DNA of 64,000 bases from Vicinamibacteria bacterium (GCA_963832135.1 CAWHTD010000026.1:188189-252188); one strand, 5' to 3'. Shown: positions 1 through 9,753, counted from the stretch's first letter. A program made the numbers and translations. The notes: generated from the sequence alone by a model not told the origin.

Positions 1-66
1 CTCAAGGACAGCATGAGGTTCGTGCCCGTCCAGACGCTCGACGACGTGTTGAAAGTCGCGTTCTGA
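1..66 (+). CDS. lon: Lon-type protease, extreme C-terminus (partial, enters from window start)
   Basis: Frame 1 reads LKDSMRFVPVQTLDDVLKVAF then TGA at 64-66. This resembles the conserved Lon C-terminal tail, but only 21 codons are visible. Confidence 0.35.
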   Translation, partial: LKDSMRFVPVQTLDDVLKVAF

Positions 67-158
67 CGGCGACCGGCTCGCTGCAAGGTCACTAGAAGTC
101 CGAAAGCCGTGGCAAAGGCCTTGACGAATCGGCGGGGCTCATAGGGGGCGGAATTCGC

Positions 159-1288
159 ATGCTCGCCTTCTACATTTCCGGTCACGGCTTCGGCCACGCG
201 TCCCGCGACATCGAGGTCCTGAACGCGCTCGGCTCGCGGCATCCGGACATTCCCGTCATCGTTCGCACGTCGGCGCCCCGCTGGCTGTTCGAACTGACGC
301 TCACGCGTCCGTTCGATTGGCAGCCCCGTGAATGCGACACGGGCGTCGTCCAGATCGATAGCCTGCGTGTCGACGAGCGCGAGACGATCGAGCGCGCGAC
401 CGCCTTCTATGCCGACTTTTCTGAAATGGCGAGTGCCGAAGCCGCATGGCTCGTTCGGAACGGGCGTCCAGCTGGTCGTTGGCGACGTGCCGCCACTGGC
501 GTTCGCCGCCGCGTTCCGTGCAGGCATCGCGGCGATCGCCCTCGGCAACTTCACGTGGGACTGGATCTATGAAGGCTATCGGCCGTGGATTCCGGAAGGC
601 ACTCGACTGACGGAGTCAATCCGCGACGCCTACCGGACGGCCAGGCTCGGGCTGCGCCTGCCGATGCACGGCGGCTTCGACATGTTCGGCGAAGTCGTCG
701 ATTTGCCGTTCATCGCCCGACGCACGTCCCGGCAGCCGCTCGAGGTGAGGCGCGCGCTCGACTTGCCGGACGACATTCCGGTCGTACTGCTGTCGTTTGG
801 CGGCTATGGTCTTGCAAACGTCGACCTGAACCGCATGTCGACACTTCGGGGCTATTGCGTGGTCACGACGGCCGACGTCGGCACGAATCGCCGCACCGAT
901 GAGCCTCCCAGCTCCGGTCACGCTCCCCTCCCATCGAACGTACGCCTGTTGGACGAACAGCGCCTCTACGCCAAGGGCCTGCGCTACGAAGACGTCGTCG
1001 CCGCCGCCGACATCGTCATCACGAAGCCGGGCTACGGGATCATCTCCGAATGCCTGGCAAACGACACGGCGATCCTCTACACGTCGCGCGGCCGCTTCGT
1101 CGAGTACCGACGTGCTCGTGCGCGAGATGCCGCGATGGGTGCGCTGCGGCTTCATTTCAAATGAGGATCTGATCGGCGGCCATTGGCAACGCCCGCTCGA
1201 CGATCTGCGTGCACAACCCGCGCCGCCCGAACGCGCCGACGTCGACGGCGCGGAACGCGCTGCGGACCTTATTGCGGAGTTGTACTGA
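159..1288 (+). pseudogene. GT-B glycosyltransferase (UDP-glycosyltransferase/MurG-like) interrupted by two +1 frame breaks (true pseudogene or assembly indels)
   Basis: MLAFYISGHGFGHASRD... (frame 3) continues as VQLVVGDVPPLAFAAA...ITKPGYGIISECLANDTAILYTSRGRFVEY (frame 1, junction ~462-468). It then continues as DVLVREMPRWVRCGFISNEDL...AELY* (frame 2, junction ~1105-1112). Each junction is repaired by deleting one base. Confidence 0.6.
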
Positions 1289-1302
1289 CGCGTTCCGAGG
1301 TT

Positions 1303-1411
1303 GGTGCGACAGGTGCGAGGGGTGCGACAAGTGCGAGGGGTGCGACAGGTGCCAGGGTGCACGGGTGCGAGGTGCACCCGACGCAGTCGCACCTGACGCA
1401 CCAGTCGCACC
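1303..1411. repeat. Intergenic GGTGCGA-rich tandem plus inverted repeat between convergent genes (possible bidirectional terminator structure)
   Basis: Three ~18 bp tandem units (ggtgcgacaggtgcgagg / ggtgcgacaagtgcgagg / ggtgcgacaggtgccagg) are followed at 1386-1411 by gtcgcacctgacgcaccagtcgcacc. That segment is the reverse complement of the same motif, so a long hairpin is possible. Confidence 0.6.
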
Positions 1412-1421
1412 GAGCGGGAAT

Positions 1422-2123
1422 TCAGTCTTTAATACAGGTAACCAGCGACCAGATGCGGGGGATGTTGACCTTTTCGATCGACACCGGGCGAAGATCCGCT
1501 TGGGCGAGGAAGGCGGGAAGGTCGAGATCGGATTTGAAGCCGATGTGCACGGTCAATGGCGAGATGAGCCGCTCGGCCCACGAGACGACCGGGTTCGAGC
1601 TGCGGAAGTGATTCAGGATGATGACCCGGCCGCCTGGCCGGCAGACGCGGCGCATTTCGAGCGCCACTTGAATCGGATCGGGCACGACGCTCACCAGATA
1701 CGGCGCATACACGATGTCGAAGGACTCGTCGGGAAAAATGAGTGCGGAGGCGTCCATCTGCAGCAGGCGAACGTCGCGCAGGCCATTCTTCGCCACGCGT
1801 TCGTGCGCCCGTTCGAGCATCGAATCCGACAAATCGATCCCCGTGACGCTGCAGTCGCGGGGATAGAGCATCAGGTTGATGCCGGTTCCAACTCCTACCT
1901 CGAGGACACGATCGCCCGGCGCGATCGCCATTCGTTTGATCGCCTGCAGTCGTCCCGCGTGCAGCGTCGGGCCAAAGACGATGTCATAGACCGACGCCAG
2001 CTTCTCGTATACGCCCGCGACGAAGTCGGTCTCGACAGCCGTGACCGACAATGCGCGAGTGGCGACGTCGGGTGAGGCCAGGTAGTCATCGTCTGCCCTA
2101 CCGGTGCGGTCGAACAGAGCCAT
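1422..2123 (-). CDS. Class I SAM-dependent methyltransferase
   Basis: Motif I VLEVGVGTGINL and PGGRVIILNH are present. The likely start is MALFDR at 2123 within ORF 1422..2216. Confidence 0.8.
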   Translation of the reverse strand: MALFDRTGRADDDYLASPDVATRALSVTAVETDFVAGVYEKLASVYDIVFGPTLHAGRLQAIKRMAIAPGDRVLEVGVGTGINLMLYPRDCSVTGIDLSDSMLERAHERVAKNGLRDVRLLQMDASALIFPDESFDIVYAPYLVSVVPDPIQVALEMRRVCRPGGRVIILNHFRSSNPVVSWAERLISPLTVHIGFKSDLDLPAFLAQADLRPVSIEKVNIPRIWSLVTCIKD

Positions 2124-2231
2124 CGGCGCCCTTCCTCTGGTTTGCGGGACCCGGCTCCAAGTTGCTGCCACCCGCGGATTTCCTGGACTATACCTTTGCC
2201 GGCAACGCCGCGACAAGCTATTCAGCAGTTG

Positions 2232-4071
2232 TCACGCGCGAGCCGGCAGATTGCTCAGCACGGCCAGCACGGCCGACGGCACTCCACCCAGCTGTACGCC
2301 TTCCACACGCGAGCGCACCTTCTCAGCCAATTCCGAGGCGATCGCCACTCCCTCCTCTGCGGCACCGCCCAGCGCGTCAGCTCGACGCATCCGATCGATC
2401 AGCGCGTCCGGTACGCGCACGTTCGGCACCTCATTGGCGAGGTACTCGGCGTGCAGGAGGCTCTCGAACGGACGGATGGCGGCGATGAGCGGCACCCGCG
2501 ATGTCTCGGTCAGCGCCAGAAAGCGATCGAGCGCCTCGATGTCGTAGATTGGCTGAGTCACGGCGAACTCCGCACCAGCTGCGACCTTGTACTCGAAGCG
2601 CCGCACTTCCTCGTCCATGCGCGGCGCCGTCGGGTTGGCCACGACCCCGATGTGAAACGCCGTGGGCCGCCCGATCGGCTGACCACCGACATCGCGCCCC
2701 TGATTCAGCCGCGCCACGGCATTGGTCAGGCCGATGGAGTCGACATCGAAGACCAGGGTGGCATCGGAATAGTCGCCGCTCTTTCGCGGGTCGCCCGTAA
2801 AGATCACCAGGTTGCGCAGACCAACGGCGTGCGCCCCCAGCAAGTCCGACTGCATCCCGAGCAGGTAGCGATCGCGGCATGCGTACTGCAGCATGGGCTC
2901 GATGCCGGCGTGCTGCCGCAGCATGACCGCCAGCGACAATGCGCTCATCCGCGCACCGCCCTTCAGACCATCGGTGACCGACACCGCAGCCACGCCGTGA
3001 CCGGCGAACCGTGCGACATCGGCCAGCGCCTCGGCCGCATCGTGCCCCTTGGGCGGCTGCAGTTCCACGGTGACGACGTAACGGCGTTCGGCAAGCGCGC
3101 GCGCCAGAGAGGACTTGTCAGCGAGACTGACCGGTGGCTCTGGCGCCACATCTGCGACAGCGGCACCCGCTCCGACGGTGATACGGTCGGTTGCCGGCAC
3201 CAGCGCCCGCACGGCGTGATGAATCTGCCGAATGTGTTCGGGCGTCGTGCCGCAACATCCGCCAACGAGCCGCACGCCGCGCTGAACGAACCGACGCGCA
3301 TACGACGCCATGTACTCAGGGGACGACAGATAGATGTTGCGCCCTTCGATGTCGCGCGGCCGTCCGGCATTCGGCTGAGCCGACAATCGCTTGGTCGTGG
3401 CGCGCGCCATGCGCTCGATCGTCTCGAGCATGGGCGCGGGACCGACACTGCAGTTCACGCCGATGACATCCGCGCCGAGTCGATCGAGCTCGGGGACGAA
3501 CTCTTCCGGCGGCACGCCGTCGAGGCTGTCGCCATCCTCCTCCGTCGTCATCTGCGCGACGACGGGCAGGTCGCAGACGGCCCTGACTGCGGCAATGGCG
3601 GCTCCGAGCTCGGTGACGTCGCGAAACGTCTCGAGGACGAAGAGATCGACGCCGCCTTCGGCGAGCGCCGCGGCCTGCGCGCGAAAGAGTGCGGTCGCTT
3701 CGTCCACACTCATCTTGCCCCACGGCTCGATGCGGATGCCAAGGGGCCCGATCGCACCGGCGACGTAGGCGCGATCTCGGGCCGCCTGCCGCGCAATGCG
3801 ACGCGCCGGAGACGTTGATATCGTCCAGTTTGTCGCCCAGGCCAAACACGGCGAGCTTCACCGCGTTGGCGCCGAACGTGTTGGTCTCGACGACATCGGC
3901 CCCCGCGCGGACGTACTCCCGATGCACCTCGCCAACCAGGTCGGCTTGCCCGAGATTCAGGGCGTCGAAGGAACGGTTGATGAAGACGCCCTTCGCGTAC
4001 AGCATCGTCCCCATGGCTCCGTCGCACACGAGCACACGCTGTTCGAGCGCCTCGAGAAAGGTTTGTTTCAA
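2232..4071 (-). pseudogene. Bifunctional homocysteine S-methyltransferase / 5,10-methylenetetrahydrofolate reductase with one +1 frame break (~3812-3822)
   Basis: From ATG 4071, MKQTFLEALEQRVLVCDGAMGTMLY...DDINVS continues in another frame as ARRIARQAARDRAYVAGAIGPLG...GGCCGTTPEHI (Hcy-binding domain). An MTHFR domain follows (VTVELQPPKG...AEFAVTQPIYD), ending at 2232. Confidence 0.75.
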
Positions 4072-4123
4072 AGCGAGTATCTATCCCGGGCCCGCCGCCA
4101 GGCCCGCACACACGGCACGGGTC

Positions 4124-4570
4124 TTATCGTGCCGCGGCCGGCGGCCTGGCGTCGGCAGGAGCCGGCACCAGGAGCTCGGTCTTGTCCCAGATGAAATCCT
4201 TCGGGCTGTAGACCGCCGTCTCGTAGTCCTTGCCCATGAAGATTGCCGAGACCGGGCAGGCTTCTTCGCAGTAGCCGCAGAAGATGCAGCGCGTCTTGTG
4301 GATCTGGTACACCTTGGCGTAGCGCGGACCCGCCAGAACGCTGCCGTCATTTTCCGCCGCTTCGAGGTAAATCGCATCGGCCGGGCACGCCACGGCGCAG
4401 AGGCCGCAGGCGACGCACTTTTCCAGGCCGTTTTCGTCCCGCATCAGCACTTGCTTGCCGCGGAACTTCGGGAACATCGGGACCTTCTGGTCCGGATAGT
4501 TCACCGTGACGGGCTTGCGGAAGAGGTGTTTGAACGTGGTCGCAAAGCCCGTGATGATCTCGGAAATCAT
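4124..4570 (-). CDS. nuoI: NuoI-type 2x[4Fe-4S] ferredoxin (NADH-quinone oxidoreductase subunit I homolog), not in a nuo operon
   Basis: MISEIITGFATTFKHLFRKPVTVNYPDQK... carries two CxxCxxCxxxCP clusters (CVACGLCAVACP, CIFCGYCEEACP). No other nuo genes are nearby. Confidence 0.8.
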   Translation of the reverse strand: MISEIITGFATTFKHLFRKPVTVNYPDQKVPMFPKFRGKQVLMRDENGLEKCVACGLCAVACPADAIYLEAAENDGSVLAGPRYAKVYQIHKTRCIFCGYCEEACPVSAIFMGKDYETAVYSPKDFIWDKTELLVPAPADARPPAAAR

Positions 4571-4744
4571 GACAACTCCAGCCCGCCTCAGGTCGAGCCC
4601 GCCTCGGCGCCGCCCAGGTAAACCCCTCAATCATAACATCTTGGGTAGGCGGGTCGAATCCCTCTCAACCCTCGAACCACACTCACGAACCCCCGAAGGC
4701 CGAGCCGCGCACCCGCATTGCCCCGCCTGCTACCATAAGCAGCC

Positions 4745-6061
4745 GTGGAACCGCGTTTTCTGACGCCCGAGCAGTTCCTGCTCACGACGCTGGTCTTCAA
4801 GCTGGCCGTGATGGCCCTGCTGGCGACCATGCTGGTGCGGTTCCGGCGGTTTCGGCACATCCTGATCTTCGAGCGCCGCGCCTTCCCCGATCGACTCATT
4901 CTCTCGCTCGCACTCGGCGCTCCCCTTACGCTCGGTGTGGCGTCGCGCATCCTGCTCCGATATGACGCCGCGGACCTGACGCTCGAGGGCGCATTCATCG
5001 TCGGCCTCATCGCGGGCCCGTACTCGGGCGCCATCGTTGGGGCACTCACGGCGGTCCCCGCCATCATTGCCGGCGAATGGGGCGCGCTGGCGTTTGCCGT
5101 CGGATGCGGGTTTGCCGGCGGCGGGCTGCGCGCGTTGTGCCCGAAAGAGGCGATCTGGCACTTCTCGCCTTTCGTCTTCTCGGCGCTGCCCCGCCGCATC
5201 TGGCACATGGCGCGCCGGCTGCAGGTAGACTGGCAGATCATCCTTGTGCTCGCGCCGATTGCGCTCGAGCTCCTCCGCCAGGCGATCGGCATGCGCTTTG
5301 GCGCGAATCGTCTGTACTACTTGAGCGCGCCGTCGCCGGTCTTCTTCGCGCTGGTGCTGGTCGGAACCGTGCTCTGCGTGGCCACACCCATCAAGATCTG
5401 GAACAACGCGCGCATCGAGCATCGCCTGCACGAACAGGAAAAGCTGCTGCTCGCGGCGAAAATCTCGGCCCTGGCCTCACAAATCAATCCGCACTTCCTT
5501 TTCAATACCTTGACGTCCATCTCGTCGCTCATCCGATCGCAGCCCGAAACGGCGCGCATGGTCGTGCATCGGCTGTCGGCGCTCCTTCGTCGCCGGCTGC
5601 GCGACCCGAACCACTTCGTGACGATCCGAGAGGAGCTCGAGGCCGTTCACGAGTATCTCGACATCGAGGAGATCCGGTTCGGCCCGCAACTGCGCGTGCG
5701 CACTGACGTCGACGAGGACACGCTCGACGTCCTCGTGCCGAGCATGATCCTGCAGCCGCTCGTCGAAAACTGCATCAAGCACGGGCTGTCGCGCAAAATC
5801 GGCGGCGGCACCATCACGATCCGCGCCGAGCGCAGCGACGGCGGCGCGATCATCGAGGTCAGCGACGACGGGCTCGGGATGACAGGCGATCGCCAGGAGA
5901 CCGCGTTTTCCGACGGCATCGGTTTGAGCAACGTGAACGAGCGGCTGCGCGTGATCTACGGCGCCCGAAGCGCGCTCAGCCTGAGGTCGGAGCTCGGACG
6001 CGGCACGTCCGTGCGGCTCGAGATTCCCGAGATCGTGGCCGAGGAACGTGCCAGTGCCTGA
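4745..6061 (+). CDS. LytS/YehU-family sensor histidine kinase
   Basis: Multi-TM N-terminus, then INPHFLFNTL (His_kinase) and an HATPase_c region (VENCIKHG, DDGLGM, GIGLSNVNERL). Confidence 0.85.
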   Translation: MEPRFLTPEQFLLTTLVFKLAVMALLATMLVRFRRFRHILIFERRAFPDRLILSLALGAPLTLGVASRILLRYDAADLTLEGAFIVGLIAGPYSGAIVGALTAVPAIIAGEWGALAFAVGCGFAGGGLRALCPKEAIWHFSPFVFSALPRRIWHMARRLQVDWQIILVLAPIALELLRQAIGMRFGANRLYYLSAPSPVFFALVLVGTVLCVATPIKIWNNARIEHRLHEQEKLLLAAKISALASQINPHFLFNTLTSISSLIRSQPETARMVVHRLSALLRRRLRDPNHFVTIREELEAVHEYLDIEEIRFGPQLRVRTDVDEDTLDVLVPSMILQPLVENCIKHGLSRKIGGGTITIRAERSDGGAIIEVSDDGLGMTGDRQETAFSDGIGLSNVNERLRVIYGARSALSLRSELGRGTSVRLEIPEIVAEERASA

Positions 6062-6830
6062 CCGCGTGCTGCGCGCGGTGGTGGTCGACGACGAGCAGTT
6101 GGCACGAGAAGAGCTGTGCTATGTGCTCGATGAAGTCGGCGGCGTGGAGGTGGTCGCGCAGGCGGGCAACGGCTTCGAGGCCCTGGAGGCGGTTGGTCGC
6201 CATACGCCGGACCTCGTGTTTCTCGACGTTCAGATGCCGGGCCTCACGGGCTTCGAGCTCGCGCGAAAACTTGTCGACCGCGAGCCGCCCGTGACCGTGA
6301 TCTTCGTCACGGCGTACGATCGTCACGCGATCGAGGCCTTCGACGTCAACGCCGTCGACTACCTGCTGAAACCGATCGAGGCCAGCCGCGTCGAGACGGC
6401 CATCCGACGGGCACGACGGCGGGTGGCACCGGAGATGCCGCTGAACGATCAACTCGAGCGGATCGTCCAACTCGTGGAGGCACGGAAGACCCGCCCTGAG
6501 CAGGTGGCCGTCAAGGTCGGAGAACGATTTCTGCTGGTGCACGCGGAAGACATCATTTTTGCCTCGATGGCCGACGACTCGATTAATATTGTGACTGGGC
6601 ACGTTTCTGGCACGTGCAATTTCAGAACTCTTGATGAGCTTCAGGCGCGACTGGACCCCGCCGTGTTCTGGCGAGTGCATCGGTCTCATCTGGTCAACAT
6701 CAACAAAATCAAGGAGATAGTCCCCTGGTTCAGCAGGAATTACATCCTTCGGATGAAAGACGCGAAGGCGACGGAGATTCCGGTGAGCCGCTCTCAGACC
6801 CGTCGCCTGCGGGAGTACCTGAAGCTCTAG
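6048..6830 (+). CDS. LytR/AlgR-family response regulator (REC + LytTR)
   Basis: A receiver domain (VVVDDE...DLVFLDVQMPG) is followed by a LytTR C-terminus (FWRVHRSHLVNINKI). It overlaps the kinase gene. GTG 6054 is an alternative start with better SD spacing. Confidence 0.85.
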   Translation: MPVPDRVLRAVVVDDEQLAREELCYVLDEVGGVEVVAQAGNGFEALEAVGRHTPDLVFLDVQMPGLTGFELARKLVDREPPVTVIFVTAYDRHAIEAFDVNAVDYLLKPIEASRVETAIRRARRRVAPEMPLNDQLERIVQLVEARKTRPEQVAVKVGERFLLVHAEDIIFASMADDSINIVTGHVSGTCNFRTLDELQARLDPAVFWRVHRSHLVNINKIKEIVPWFSRNYILRMKDAKATEIPVSRSQTRRLREYLKL

Positions 6831-6862
6831 CCGGAGATCCGCTTTCGCCGCTGCCGGCGGCG

Positions 6863-7414
6863 GTGCACGCCACCCTCACATCGCCTGGAATTCAGCTTGG
6901 CCAGGTCCGCGACGAGCTGGTCGCCTGGCTGAAGACGCTCTTCTCGGCCGCCGTTTACGCCACGCTGATCGTCACATTTGGCTTCCAGGTGGCACGCGTC
7001 GAAGGCCAGAGCATGGCGCCGACACTCGCCGATCAGGACCGCCTGATCGTGAACAAACTCGCCTATCGCCTGGCCGATCCACGCCGCGGCGACATCGTGA
7101 TGCTCTATTACCCGCTCGATCCGAACAAGTCATTCGTCAAGCGCGTCATCGCGGAAGAGAACGACGTCGTCCGCATCGTGGACGGCAAGGTGTACGTCAA
7201 CGACACGCCGATGCGGGACGACTTCGTGCCACCGGAGTACCGCTCGCACGACGACTACGGGCCCAGCGTCGTGCCGGAGGGCTATTACTTCGTGATGGGC
7301 GACCATCGCAACAACAGCTCCGACAGCCGGCATTGGGGTATGGTGCCCAAGAAATACATCATCGGCAAGGTGCAGGTGCGGTGGTGGCCCGTGCCGTCGG
7401 CTCGTATCTTCTGA
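6863..7414 (+). CDS. lepB: Signal peptidase I
   Basis: GQSMAPTL (catalytic Ser box), VKRVIA, GDHRNNSSDSRHWG. Confidence 0.9.
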   Translation: MHATLTSPGIQLGQVRDELVAWLKTLFSAAVYATLIVTFGFQVARVEGQSMAPTLADQDRLIVNKLAYRLADPRRGDIVMLYYPLDPNKSFVKRVIAEENDVVRIVDGKVYVNDTPMRDDFVPPEYRSHDDYGPSVVPEGYYFVMGDHRNNSSDSRHWGMVPKKYIIGKVQVRWWPVPSARIF

Positions 7415-7433
7415 CACCCGGCGCGCGGCGACC

Positions 7434-8348
7434 GTGACGGAACGATACAGCGCCGTTACGGCCGTTCTCTACAAGGTCCTGTTCCTCAATCTGGCGGTCG
7501 CCTTCGCCAAGCTGGCGCTGGGCTATCTGACAGGCGCGGTCAGCGTCGTCTCGGACGGCCTCCACTCGCTGACGGATTCCTTTTCGAATATCGCCGCCCT
7601 GCTCGGCGTGCGCATCGCGCGCAAGCCGCCTGACGTGGACCATCCCTACGGACATCGAAAATTCGAGACGATGGCGGCGGCGGCGATTGCCGCCTTCCTG
7701 CTGGTCGTGATGATCGAGGTCGGCCGCGCGGCGTGGCAGCGGTTCATGCACGGGGGAGGCCCCACCGTCGCTCCGGCCTCGTTTGCGGTGATGGCGGCGA
7801 CCATTGCGGTGAACCTCGTTGTCACCGTGTACGAGCGACGGGCCGGCGAACGCCTTTCGAGCGAAGTGCTGCTGGCCGATGCCACGCACACGCGCAGCGA
7901 TGTCCTGACATCGTTGACCGTCATCGTCGCGCTCGCCGGAGCGGCGCTGGGCTACCCGCTCCTCGATCCGATCGCGGCCGTGGTGGTCGTGGGCTTCATT
8001 GGTTACGCGGCGGTGCAGATCGTGAGGGCAACCTCCGACATCCTGGGCGATCGCGTGGCCATCCCGGAAAAAGAGGTACGGTCCGTGGTCATGCAGGTAC
8101 CGGCCGTAATGGGATGCCATGCCATCCGCACACGCGGATCCGCCGACTTCGTCTTTCTCGACCTCCACATCTGGATGTCACCCGAGACGCCGCTCGACGT
8201 CGCCCATGCGATCTCGCACGAAGTGAAGGACCGCCTGATGGCGCGCTTTCCCGAAATCGGCGACGCCATCATCCACATCGAGCCACCTCCACGAACTGAC
8301 GATGATAGAAATCGAAAAACCGAAGCCGCGCGTGGGATTCATCCGTAG
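7434..8348 (+). CDS. Cation diffusion facilitator family transporter
   Basis: Six TM segments carry SDGLHSLTD and HTRSDVLTS metal-site motifs. The last ~15 codons lie inside repeat element 8304-8490. Confidence 0.85.
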   Translation: MTERYSAVTAVLYKVLFLNLAVAFAKLALGYLTGAVSVVSDGLHSLTDSFSNIAALLGVRIARKPPDVDHPYGHRKFETMAAAAIAAFLLVVMIEVGRAAWQRFMHGGGPTVAPASFAVMAATIAVNLVVTVYERRAGERLSSEVLLADATHTRSDVLTSLTVIVALAGAALGYPLLDPIAAVVVVGFIGYAAVQIVRATSDILGDRVAIPEKEVRSVVMQVPAVMGCHAIRTRGSADFVFLDLHIWMSPETPLDVAHAISHEVKDRLMARFPEIGDAIIHIEPPPRTDDDRNRKTEAARGIHP

Positions 8349-8490
8349 GGGCGCACTGCGTGCGCCCATGTCGCGTCTCCCATTCAGAAACGCTTCCGCA
8401 TCGCCGCCAGAGCGCACGCAGTGCGCCCCTACGAGTGTTCTCGAGCAGTCTTTCTCGTGTTCTCGGTTTCTCGGTTTCTCGATCTCTTCT
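8304..8490. repeat. Composite palindromic intergenic element (MITE/REP-like), founding copy of a dispersed family
   Basis: gtaggggcgcactgcgtgcgc at 8345-8365 is the exact reverse complement of 8412-8432. The flanks are also inverted GAAATCGA(G/A)AAACCGA(G/A)A heptad-like runs (8307-8325 versus 8445-8490). Confidence 0.7.
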
Positions 8491-8515
8491 ACCTGCACCT
8501 GCTAGACTCGACTGG

Positions 8516-9025
8516 ATGCCGCGAGCCAGGCGCCCCGCGCTCAGTCATGTGGATGGGACCGGACGCGTCCGCATGGTGGATGTCGGCGACAAGCCGCCGA
8601 CGGATCGGACAGCGACCGCCGAGGCGTTCATTCGAGTGTCGCCGGCCGCGCGCCGGTTGGTCCGAAGCGGCGCGGCCAAAAAAGGCAACCCCCTCGAAAT
8701 CGCCCGCATCGCCGGGATTCAAGCGGCCAAGCGCACGGCTGATCTGATCCCTCTCTGTCATCCGCTGCTGCTGAATCATGTGGACGTCGACGTGACCGCG
8801 GTGTCCGGAGGCTACCGCATCGTCGCCAGCGTGCGGGTATCGGGTCCGACCGGCGTTGAGATGGAAGCCTTGACGGCGGCTGGCGTGGCGGCCCTGACCA
8901 TCTACGACATGCTCAAGGCTGCGGATCGCACCATGGTGATCGAGCGCGTACGGCTGTTGACCAAGACCGGCGGGCGACGCGAAGACTACCGCCGACCATC
9001 GCCCTCTACCGCATCGGGCTCATGA
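8516..9025 (+). CDS. moaC: Cyclic pyranopterin monophosphate synthase MoaC
   Basis: LSHVDGTGRVRMVDVGDK...LIPLCHPL...GVEMEALTAAGVAALTIYDM. ATG at 8516 within ORF 8360..9025. Confidence 0.9.
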   Translation: MPRARRPALSHVDGTGRVRMVDVGDKPPTDRTATAEAFIRVSPAARRLVRSGAAKKGNPLEIARIAGIQAAKRTADLIPLCHPLLLNHVDVDVTAVSGGYRIVASVRVSGPTGVEMEALTAAGVAALTIYDMLKAADRTMVIERVRLLTKTGGRREDYRRPSPSTASGS

Positions 9026-9753
9026 CGCTCACCACGGTTGACGTCCTCGCGTTCGGTCCTCATCCCGACGACGTGGAGATCGGCATGGGCGCAACCATCG
9101 CGCATCACGTGGCGCGCGGGTTGTCCGTCGGTATGTGCGACCTCACGCGCGGGGAGATGGGTACCAACGGCACCCCCGAGGAACGGATCCGGGAAGCCGA
9201 CGAGGCGCGGGAGGTGCTGGGCGCGGCGTGGCGTGTGAATCTCGGACTGCCGGATCGCGATCTGCGCGAGGTCGGGGAACAGGTCCTCCCGATCGTGGAG
9301 CTGATTCGCGCCTGTCGTCCGGCGGCCATCGCGCTCCCCCACGAATGCGACCGGCACCCGGACCATGTCGCCGCGCAAGCCCTCGTCCGGGCGGCCGCTT
9401 TCAGCAGCGGCCTGCGCAAGTTTGCCGCAGCGGGCGCTCCCTGGAAGCCCGACTGGCTGGTCTCCTATTTCATCAACAACGTCGTCGAGCCATCGTTCAT
9501 CATCGACGTCTCCGAGCACTACGAGGTCAAACGCCGGGCGCTGGCCTGTCACCGTACGCAATTTGCGCCCGCGGGCCCCGACGCGGCCGACACGCGTCTC
9601 ACGTCCCCGCTGTTCCAGCAGCTCATCGAAAGCCGCGACGCGCAGTTCGGGGCTCGCGCGGGGGTGCGGTGGGCCGAGGGCTTCGTCGTCCGAGAGCCCA
9701 TCATCCGGCGCCACCTGCTTCGGCGCCGCGCCTCGCTGGTCCCGCCACTATGA
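9022..9753 (+). CDS. bshB1: PIG-L/LmbE-family deacetylase, BshB1-like (bacillithiol biosynthesis)
   Basis: VLAFGPHPDDVEIGMGATIA...CDLTRGEMGTNGT...DRHPDH...CHRTQF. ATGA overlap with moaC. Confidence 0.8.
   Translation: MTLTTVDVLAFGPHPDDVEIGMGATIAHHVARGLSVGMCDLTRGEMGTNGTPEERIREADEAREVLGAAWRVNLGLPDRDLREVGEQVLPIVELIRACRPAAIALPHECDRHPDHVAAQALVRAAAFSSGLRKFAAAGAPWKPDWLVSYFINNVVEPSFIIDVSEHYEVKRRALACHRTQFAPAGPDAADTRLTSPLFQQLIESRDAQFGARAGVRWAEGFVVREPIIRRHLLRRRASLVPPL

Noticed and set aside
4630-4700. tRNA-like T-loop strings (GGGTCGAATCCC; on the other strand GGGATTCGACCC and GGTTCGAG) upstream of nuoI
   Set aside because: I could not fold a cloverleaf. There is no 7 bp acceptor pairing, no anticodon arm and no proper 5 bp T stem.
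8349-8515. Moco riboswitch upstream of moaC, and a SAM-type riboswitch upstream of nuoI/MTHFR (4571-4744)
   Set aside because: The moaC leader is fully accounted for by the palindromic repeat element. I could not recognise conserved riboswitch cores in either region by eye. A covariance-model scan would be needed to be sure.
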